64,000 bases of DNA from an uncultured Acidobacteriota bacterium (lineage in GTDB: Bacteria; Acidobacteriota; Polarisedimenticolia; J045). Location of the stretch: assembly GCA_963702425.1 (NCBI GenBank), contig CAVPCQ010000003.1, positions 1 through 64,000 on the forward strand, read 5' to 3'. Both the position numbers and the translations under genes were made by a program. The notes beneath the pieces are model-generated. The model searched no databases, was not told the DNA's origin, and worked only from the letters and a program-made list of their open reading frames with translations. Below, in pieces: positions 56,376 to 64,000 of the stretch; the first letter of the stretch is position 1, and every line of letters begins with the position of its first letter.

Positions 56376-58881
56376 CCTCCAGCTCGTTGCGATAACGCCG
56401 GCCGGCCAGTTCGAAGTCGAGCTCCAGCGGAGCCCGGCCGCGGACGCGCATCGCGCCGCCGTGCTCCCCGCGCTGGTGGTGGAACCGGCAGAGGGTGACC
56501 CGGTTGTCGGGGGCGTCGTCGCCGCCGTGGGCGCGGTAGAGCACGTGGTGGTCCTCGAGCTGGGCGCACGAGGTGCAGCCCGGGGCCATGCAGCGCCAGC
56601 CGTCGCGGGCGTAGACGCCGCGCGGGCCCCGGCGGGCGTCGTGGGTGGCGACGTACGAGGTCAGGAGCGCATACAGCCCGAGCCACCGGGCGTCGAAGGG
56701 GGCGAGGTCGGCGGAAAACGTTCGGACGCGGCGCGCGGCGGCGTCGACCGCGCCGAGGAAGTCGGCGGCGAGGTCGAACGAGAGGATGAGGCGGAGCGGG
56801 GCGACGGCTGCGGAGTGTGCGGCGGCCAGGGCAGCGTACTTCTCGATCCGGGCCGTCGTCTCCCCGGGCAGGCGGCGCAGCGAGCGGTGCCAGTCGGCAT
56901 CGGGGAGCGGGCGTGGCGGCGGGTGCGGCTGCGGGCCGCGGTCCGACGGGTCGACCGCGAGCAGCCGGAGCTTGCGGAGCGCGTCGCGCTCGTCGTCGAG
57001 GCGCTTGATCGTCGCCGACTCCGCGCGGGCCACCCAGTCGCGCTGCAGGTCGTCCGGCACACCGGAGCGGCCGAGGATTCGCACGAGGCGCAGTGCTGCA
57101 AGGGACGAGATGCGGCCCGCGCGGTGGGCTTCTTCGACGGCGGGCAGATCGGACAGGGCGCGGGCCAGCGTGGCGAGGTCTTCCACGGTGGAGCGCCCCA
57201 TGCCGAGCCGGGCCTCCGCGTAGTGTCGGACGCTGTCGTAGCCGAGAGCGGTCCACGCGCGCTGCCGGGCGAGGGCGGCGAGGACGTCGCCCAGTGCACG
57301 GCGGATCTCCTGCTCGATGTCGACCAGGGCGCGGAGCCGCGCCGCCAGCTCCGTCGCACTGCCGGAGCCGGCGTCCGCGAAGAGCCGATCGGCGCGCGCC
57401 AGCAGAGCGTCGGCGGCGGCGACCGTCGCGGAGCGGGCGGACGGCTCGGGATCGAGCGCGTGGGTGAGGCCGGCCGGTGGAAAACATTCGGACGCCGGTG
57501 AAGGACAGTCCAACGCAGGTGGAAACATTCGGACGCCGATGTCGGGCAGCCAGACGAATTCGCCGGCTCGTGTCCGGCGGCGATCGCCGGCGCGGGCCAT
57601 GGCGAACCACGCGCGCCGCGTCGCGTCCCAGTGCTCTTCGCGCGCGACATCGTCATGGACGCGTGTCCGGCGCAGGCGCGCGAGCGCGCCGTCGAGATCG
57701 GGGCGGGGATCGAGGCCGGCCGCGCGCGCCTCGGCGACCAGCGCCTCCACGAAGTCCGCGGCGGAGCGTGGCGTACCGCAGGCGCGATCGTGGAGCAGGC
57801 GGACCTCGTGAAAGGCCGCGACGACGGGCGCCGGGAGGTCCAGCCGGACCGTCGCGCGCGGCAGGTGATGGTCGCCGTCCGGGCCGTCCTCGTTTCCCGG
57901 GCCGGGGAAGCACTCCTCCGCCCAGGCGAAGAGCGCCCGCCGGTCCGCCGCGGCGGCTTCTTCCCGCCTCCGCTCGGCCTCCTCGGCCGCGACGACCTCG
58001 TCGGGCAGGACGACGGGAATGCCGAGTGCCTCCAGGAAGCGGCGATTCCAGGGTAGCGCGGCCTTTTCCGCGAAGGCCGGCCCGGTGAGCAGCGCGGGGC
58101 AGGCCGACGCGACCCACGCCAGCACCGGATCGGGCGGACGGAACTGGTCGTCGCGGCGGCCGTCGGCGTCGACGGGAAAGGGACGATCCGCCTGTCGGGA
58201 CCGGCGGAGCCGCTCCTTGAGTTCGCGCACGCCGACCGCGCGGGCGAGCGCGATCCAGGTCGAACGGAACTCGTCGGTCGTGCCGCGGACGATGGCCAGC
58301 GCCGCGACGGTGCCGAGCGGCGGGCCACCGTCCTCCCCCGTCATCGCGTCGAGCAGTTCCTCGGAGTGGAGGGTCGCGCGGCCCAGCGCCGCGAGGTCGC
58401 GCAACCAGCGTCCCGTTCGCCCCAGCCGCTCGCGCGCGAAGTCCTCCGCCCGCGCGTACCCCAGCTCGAACCAGCCGTGACGCCGGGAGAAGGCGTCGGC
58501 CGCGCGGGAGAGCGGACGCGCCAGCCCGTGCAGGCGCAGGGAGAGGGTTGCGGCGAGAGCGTCGAGCCCCCTGAGATCGTCGGGCGGGTTGTGCGAGTCG
58601 AACGCGCGATGCGCCCCTTGCGTGCTGTTCGCGTCAAACGCGCAATGCGCCTGTGCCGCGACCCGTCCTGCGTTGGCCGTCGACCGGGAGAACGAGCGCT
58701 CCAACCGCCGCCTCCGGCCGCCGAAGGCATCGCCGGTGCCCGGAGCTGCCGGGCCCGAGCACGAGCACGGGCGCGCCGTGGGCCGCGCCACGGGCTCGGC
58801 GGCAGGGTGACAGCAGAACGCAGATCCGGGGCTCCGCGCGAGTCCGGAGTCGCTTGCATCGTCGATGGTGACGATCGACAT
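56338..58881 (-). CDS. Large HNH endonuclease-domain protein (DUF222/13E12-like architecture)
   Basis: AAGAGG RBS; two WxxLGY.....AxxRLG helical repeats; C-terminal RDGWRCMAPGC....LEDHHV.YRAHGG......VTLCRFHH. Confidence 0.85.
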   Translation of the reverse strand: MSIVTIDDASDSGLARSPGSAFCCHPAAEPVARPTARPCSCSGPAAPGTGDAFGGRRRRLERSFSRSTANAGRVAAQAHCAFDANSTQGAHRAFDSHNPPDDLRGLDALAATLSLRLHGLARPLSRAADAFSRRHGWFELGYARAEDFARERLGRTGRWLRDLAALGRATLHSEELLDAMTGEDGGPPLGTVAALAIVRGTTDEFRSTWIALARAVGVRELKERLRRSRQADRPFPVDADGRRDDQFRPPDPVLAWVASACPALLTGPAFAEKAALPWNRRFLEALGIPVVLPDEVVAAEEAERRREEAAAADRRALFAWAEECFPGPGNEDGPDGDHHLPRATVRLDLPAPVVAAFHEVRLLHDRACGTPRSAADFVEALVAEARAAGLDPRPDLDGALARLRRTRVHDDVAREEHWDATRRAWFAMARAGDRRRTRAGEFVWLPDIGVRMFPPALDCPSPASECFPPAGLTHALDPEPSARSATVAAADALLARADRLFADAGSGSATELAARLRALVDIEQEIRRALGDVLAALARQRAWTALGYDSVRHYAEARLGMGRSTVEDLATLARALSDLPAVEEAHRAGRISSLAALRLVRILGRSGVPDDLQRDWVARAESATIKRLDDERDALRKLRLLAVDPSDRGPQPHPPPRPLPDADWHRSLRRLPGETTARIEKYAALAAAHSAAVAPLRLILSFDLAADFLGAVDAAARRVRTFSADLAPFDARWLGLYALLTSYVATHDARRGPRGVYARDGWRCMAPGCTSCAQLEDHHVLYRAHGGDDAPDNRVTLCRFHHQRGEHGGAMRVRGRAPLELDFELAGRRYRNELEVARPEELESPTS
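57476..57538. repeat. Short direct repeat inside the HNH gene
   Basis: GGTGGAAAACATTCGGACGCCG (57476) and GGTGGAAACATTCGGACGCCG (57518); third related copy GGAAAACGTTCGGACGC at 56713. Confidence 0.75.
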
Positions 58882-58904
58882 GGGCGTGCCTCTTCGTCAT
58901 CGCT

Positions 58905-58933
58905 ACTCTACATGACAGTCAGGTGACTGTCAA
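58905..58933 (-). promoter_or_regulatory. Sigma-70 promoter of the HNH gene with overlapping palindromic operator
   Basis: Minus strand TTGACA-N17-TAGAGT; perfect inverted repeat TGACAGTCA-GG-TGACTGTCA at 58913-58932. Confidence 0.75.
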
Positions 58934-59183
58934 TGACTGGGGAGCGATTTGTTCTCCGTTCTGGGATGTCAGGTGGACCCGGCAACTACGGGAGACGGTC
59001 GCCGTCGAGCAGGGCCATGAAGATCTGGAAGTCCTCATCTTTCCCGCTGCGAGGTGTTGCAGTCGTCAGCAGCAGGTGCTCGGTCAGGCCACCCAGCCGC
59101 TGACCCGGGCGAAGGCGCTTGGCGTGCATGATCTCGCGACCAAGGAAGGTGGCGGACAAGTCATGTGCCTGGTCGGCCGGGCC

Positions 59184-59310
59184 GCGTGCCTCGGCATCTC
59201 CGTCAACACGGTCCGCTCGCACCTCAAGCGGATCATGGTGAAGACCGGAGCCTCGCGGCAGTCGGACCTCGTGCGCATGGTGCTGCGCGGGCCGGGACCG
59301 CTGGTGCCGC
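59184..59310 (+). pseudogene. LuxR/GerE-type HTH fragment
   Basis: LGISVNTVRSHLKRIMVKTGASRQSDLVRMV is a LuxR C-terminus, but the first HTH helices and any N-terminal domain are missing. Confidence 0.7.
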
Positions 59311-59539
59311 GGGCGAGCGGTGAGGCACCGCTACGGGTGTCGCGGCGCGGGAGATGGGGCGTCGCCGGCAGGGCCGAGAGGGGCGCCCTCGGAGGCTGGA
59401 AGCCTGATCGCAAGAACGGCCCGCCAGTACCATCGCGATCTCGATCGCGAGTGCTTCGGCTCCCGCGGCAGCAACCTCCCGGCACCGTCGCAGGCGCGCG
59501 ATCCTGCCTTCCACGGTATCTTCATCCCCGGAGAACCCC

Positions 59540-59788
59540 ATGACGCGCATCCAGCCGACCGCTCTCGACCCCGCGCTGCAGGAAGCCCTTCGCCTCGTCG
59601 CCGACGGCGAGCGCGTCCTGCTCGAAGTGGACGGGCGCCCGATCGCGGCAATCGTTCCGCTCGACGATGCGGTTGCGCTCGAGGACGCCGACGACCAGGC
59701 CGATCTGGACGCTTGCCGCCTCGCACGCGACGAACCCGGATCGATACCGCTCCAGGACGTGCTGCGCGAGCTGGACCTCGAGGACTAG
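59540..59788 (+). CDS. Type II antitoxin (Phd/YefM-like)
   Basis: GGAG RBS; V..GERVLL...GRPIAAIVPL; acidic C-terminus IPLQDVLREL; directly upstream of a RelE-like start. Confidence 0.82.
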   Translation: MTRIQPTALDPALQEALRLVADGERVLLEVDGRPIAAIVPLDDAVALEDADDQADLDACRLARDEPGSIPLQDVLRELDLED

Positions 59789-59791
59789 AGC

Positions 59792-59911
59792 GTGACCTAC
59801 CGCGTCGAACTCAAGCCCGCGGCGCGGCGAACGTTTCTTGGCCTCCCACGACAGGTTCAGGTCCGCCTTCGGGACGCGCTCCGGGCGCTGTCGGAGGTCC
59901 CGCGAGGCCCA
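59792..59911 (+). pseudogene. Truncated RelE/ParE-family toxin
   Basis: MTYRVELKPAARRTFLGLPRQVQVRLRDALRALSEVPR is a RelE N-half; the YRLRVGDYR-type C-half is absent and the frame runs into non-coding-like sequence. Confidence 0.72.
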
Positions 59912-60324
59912 ACCACCTCGACGGTCTGCCGCCGCCACTGTGATTCTCGCAACAACCCGCCCCTTGCCGCTCAAGAGAAGCGCGGGGCCGGTCGCAGCCG
60001 CACCAACGCAACCGACCCCGCGCTGGGGGAGAAAGGGGGCACCTACGGCGCCAGCTCGTCACCTCCGGCGCCCACGGCGCCCTCGGAGTACGCAGGGCGA
60101 AGCGCGCTACGCCGCGCGATGGCCCATCCCTGGCGGTGCCTCACGGTGAATCCCCCCTTGGATCGTCGCGGCCGAGGCTCCCCCGAGCATCCGGGTCGCG
60201 GTCCTTCACACATCCATACGCACGCGAACGCCCCGCCGAACGCGGACTTGCGGCGGTGTCGCGGCACGCCCACCGCGCCCTGCCGGAATCGTTCTCGTTG
60301 TCCTGTCGGCCCGGAGCCCGCGCC

Positions 60325-63300
60325 TCAGCGCAGCCCGAACTCCGCGCGCGCGAGCGGGAGCGACGCCGGATCGGCTCGCCGCGCTCGCCGGACTCGCTTC
60401 GCTCGCCGCGCTCGCCGCGCTCCCCCGCCCCCGGCTCCTCCCCCGCCTTCGGCGCGACGAGGAAGACGCGCTCCGCGGCGATGCCGCGCGTCGTCGTCAG
60501 GTAGTCCTGCGCGGCCTGCGCGCGGCGCTTGCCGAGCAGCCGCAGCTCGTCCTCACCCGCCGGAACATTGGCCAGGATCAGCGTCTCCATCTCCTCGACC
60601 GGCAGGTCCTTGGCGATCCCGAGCGCGGTGCGCGGCTTGGGGAACGACTCGGCACGGTACGCGGCCTTGAGCAGCGCCGGGTACTCCTCGGGGGTCCAGG
60701 TCGCCAGCTCGATCGACGCCGGCGCCGTCCCCTTGCGGCCGAGCGCCTTCATCTGCTGCGCCTTCACCTTCTGCTCGAGCGCGGCGCGCTTGAGGCCGTC
60801 GCGGTCGCCTTCGGGATCGACGTGCCCGGTGACGTCGAGCGAAAGGCCGGGGCGGTCGGCCAGCGCCGCGGCAAGCTGGTCGAGACGCGAGCGCGCGTCG
60901 TCGGTCAGCGCGGCGCTGCCGGGGTCGAACGCGATGTACGACAGGTCGCGATCAGAGCCCCCCTTCCCGGCCAGGAAGCGGAACGGCGAGGTGACCGCCT
61001 TGGTGAAGAGGTTGCCGACCATCTTCCAGATCAGCGGCCAGACCCGGAACTGCGGGTCGTCGAGCGAGCCGGTGAGCGGGATGTCGACGTCGATCACGCC
61101 ATTCTTGTCCTTCAGGAGCGCGATCCCGAGGCGCACCGGCAGCCGGGTCGCGGTCGGGCTGTCGACCTTCTCGCCCAGCGTCAGTTGGTCGATCACGACG
61201 TGGTTCTGCGCCTCGAGCTTCCCCTCCTGGACCAGGTAGCTGACGTCCGCCGAGAGCTTCCCCTTCTCGATCCCGTACCCGGCGTACTTGACCATGTAGG
61301 TCGAGAGGGGGGCAGCTCGATCTCGCGCGCGGTGGCGTCGATGTCGGCGAGGAGGCGCGGCGAGAGCAGGTTGAGCCGGCCGCGGATCGTCACCGGCGCG
61401 AGACCGTCGAGCTTCGCCGTCAGGTCGACGTCGGCCGGGTGCTCGGGCGTCATCTCGGTCACCGTCCCGGCGATCCCCGTGACGTTGGCGGAGTAGTTCG
61501 GCTTGACGAAGTGGTCGGTCGCGTCGAGCTGGCCGCCGGTGATCGTCACGTGGCCGAAGCGCAGGAACCTCGGGACGTTGGCGCCCGCCAGCGCGGGGAG
61601 GTCGGCGGAGAGCGGCACGGCCGGCGCGGCGGCGGGCTGCGGGCCGGAACTCCGGTCTCCAGCCTCGGCGGCGTCCGCCTCGTCGCTGGTGACCAGCGCG
61701 CGCCAGAAGTTGAGCGTGCCGTCCTCGTCGAGCACCGCGCGCAGGTAGAAGTCGGACAGCGCGATCTCGTCGACCGCGATCTGCAGCGGGTCGAGCTGCG
61801 CGTCGAGGCCGCCGAGGTAGAGCGACTTGACGTCGGCCAGCCGCTCGGTGCTCGCCTCGTCGAGCGTCGTCAGGTCCGAGACCAGGAGCGTCCCGCGGTA
61901 TTGGGCCTGGATCGAGCCCTCCGTTCCGGCAGGGAGCGCGGCCTTGATCGCCCCCTTCGCCGTCGCTGCGCCGCCGGTCAGCGTGACCTGGACGTGCGGG
62001 TCGACGTAGGGCTCGAACGGCGGGAGCGGGATCTGCCGCGCCTCCACCGTCCCCTCGGCGGCGAGCGGCGTCAGCCAGAGCGTGCCGTCGTAGGCGAACT
62101 CGCCGGAAGGGGCGCCGGATGGTGCGGCGGATGGAGCGCCGGCCGCGATCCGCCCTCGCAACCGCGCGCGGATCGGCTTCCTGGCCTCGTTGCTGATCCC
62201 CGCCAGGTCGGCCGAGACGCGGGACAGCCGCGTCGTCACCGGCGGCACCGGCAGTTGGTCCTCGAAAGTCAGCGCGATCTCGGAGCCGACGAGGTGCTTC
62301 ACGCCGATCCGCCACGGCGCCTCGCCCCCGGCGGCGCGAGCCTTGCCCGCCGGAATCGGCTTGAGGATCCGCGTGACGTGCAGCGTGCCGTCGGGATCGC
62401 GGCGCACGTACGCGGTCCCGCCGGCCGCGCGCACCTCGTCGAGCGCGATCGTCCGCGCCGCGAGGTCGGCGGCGCCGCCGGCGATCTCGGCGCGCGTGAG
62501 GCGCAGCAGCGGCGTCGGCTCGCCGGGCATGACGACGACGACGTCGTGGACGGTTGCGGCGATCTCCCGGGCCGCCACGCCGAGCGCGCCGTCCTTCAGC
62601 GACGCCGTGTAGCCGGTGGCCGCGTCGAGCGTGCCGGCCGTCACCTCGACGTTGAGCAGCTCCGCGTAGTACGGGTAGAGCCGCTGCAGCCGGAAGCCCG
62701 TCAGGCGGACCTCGCCGCTCGATGCGAGCGGATCGAGCGTCAGCGTTCCGGTCTGCGCGAACGTCCCCTCGGCGTCGGTCGTGAACGACGACTCGACGCG
62801 GGCCTCGGTCCCCGGCGCGTTGCCGAGCCCGCGCACCGTCAGCGCCACGTTGGCCAGGTCGGTGATGAACGGCCGGGCCGGGAGATCGTCGCGCAGGCGG
62901 AACGAACCCCCGGTCACCGCGATCTCATCGACGGAGAACGCGAGGCGGCGGGACGATCCCGCATCGCCCTCCGGCCGCGCGGGCAGCGCCGGCAGCGCGT
63001 CCTGCAGGTTGAGCGTGCCGTCCGGCCGGCGGACGATCGTCGCCTCGGGCCGCTCCAGCCGGATCGTCCGGACGGCCGCCGACGGCGCGAGCAGGTCGAC
63101 CTCGTCGAGCTCCACCGCGAGCCGCGCGAGCGACGCCAGCCGCTTCCCCGGCGGCAGGTCGAGCGCGACGCCCGAGAGCGCCGCCGTCCCGCGCAGCAGC
63201 AGCCGCGCGGGCGCGAGCGAGGCACCGCCCGGCGCGGCCGCGAAGACCAGCGTGAGGTCGGTGTCGAGCTTCCCCGACGGCAGCGCGAACGGCAGCGCCA

Positions 63301-64000
63301 CCGGCGAGTAGTCGATGTAATCCGGGATCGGGAGCGCTTCGAACTTCAGCTCCAGCGTCGTCTCCAGCGTGTCCTTGAACGGCTTGGTGCCGCCCTGCAG
63401 CGCGAAGGGCGTGCCGTTCGCGCGCCCCGAGAGCTCGGGCTTCACGTCGACGTCGATCGCCGAGGAGAGATTCGAGAGGAACGGCACCCCCACGACCAGC
63501 TCCGCGACCTCGTGCTGCCGGCCGACCAGCCGGTCGTCGAAGCGGATCGAGCCGTCCAGCACCCGGATGTTGTAGAGCGCGAACTTCTTCGGCGGCCCCT
63601 TCGATGGCGCCAGGACGTACTCCTCGACCAGGTCCTGCCAGTTGTAGGTCCGGTCCGGAAAGCGGACCACGCTGAGCGCCGGGCGCGTGACCGTCAGCGC
63701 GTCGAGCACCGGCGCGAAGCGGTAGAACGTGGCGGACGAGACGTTGGCGAACAGCTCCTCGACGCGGACCGCGTCGGCGGAACCGTCCCGCTCCCGGATC
63801 GTCAGCCCACGAATGGTCGCCGACGAGCCGGAACGGGTTGACGGCGACCGACTCGACCGTCACCGGCCGGTGCAGCAGGCGCGAGAGCTGCCGCGCGAGC
63901 TGCCAGCGCACGAGCGGCGGGCCGAGCAGGTAGCCGGCGGCGACGAACAGCACGCACGCGCCCAGCGCCACGATCGCCGCGCGGAGCAGGCGGCTTTTCG
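60325..64000 (-). CDS. DUF748-domain (AsmA-like) protein, 5' end outside window; frameshifts near 63825, 61310 and 60370
   Basis: N-terminal TM plus VAVNPF; repeated beta-rich modules; YAGYGIEKGKL, LLKDKNGVIDVDIPLTGSLDDPQF, AVTSPF, L..RRA OmpA-like C-domain; natural end RAEFGLR* at 60325. Confidence 0.85.

Noticed and set aside
57476-57538. Possible mini-CRISPR array
   Set aside because: Only two adjacent ~21-bp copies with a ~20-bp spacer, inside a coding region, and no cas genes.
60374-60422. GCTCGCCGC 9-mer tandem repeats
   Set aside because: Low-complexity linker near the DUF748 C-terminus; no sign of independent function.
567-63841. Many long Arg/Pro/Ala-rich ORFs in the track (e.g. 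567..2351+, 43571..46855+, 46486..49611-, 61439..63841+)
   Set aside because: Shadow frames of real genes in high-GC DNA; no motifs and an atypical amino-acid composition.

Overview
Very GC-rich bacterial DNA; the gene repertoire suggests Acidobacteriota or a deltaproteobacterium-like lineage, which is an inference. About 14-55 kb is a large Wzy-type exopolysaccharide/capsule locus. Its export genes are a short OPX/Wza, an OM beta-barrel, a co-polymerase with a separate BY-kinase, CapD, a priming transferase, a MurJ-like flippase and a Wzy/ligase. Its tailoring set is unusually rich: 4 GT4, 1 GT39-like, 2 AsnB, 2 PaaK/CapK-like ligases, 3 GNAT, 3 deacetylases, 2 methyltransferases, 2 hexapeptide acyltransferases, a LarA homologue, a Tat-exported DUF362, an ACP and an NTP_transf_5. 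To the left lie cupin-PMM-ACP-AMP ligase-NadE-like genes, pgm, an M64 peptidase, a second DUF362 and two paralogous secreted FN3/Ig proteins. To the right lie a stand-alone PqqD/RRE plus a YxxPxI-leader peptide, tRNA-Arg(ACG), a small decayed islet (HNH protein, LuxR fragment, antitoxin plus truncated RelE) and a DUF748 gene. The best lead is three secreted proteins, each behind a sigma-54-like promoter. Two of them end in the same 16-residue motif N-x-x-P-x-x-[PV]-x-N-x-x-R-[ST]-D-T-[RK]*, which resembles a free FN3 A-strand, and two begin with an FN3 domain that appears to lack that strand. This suggests a donor-strand assembled surface fibre or a new C-terminal sorting signal tied to the EPS locus. 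About ten single-base frameshifts in otherwise intact genes are most likely sequencing or assembly indels.
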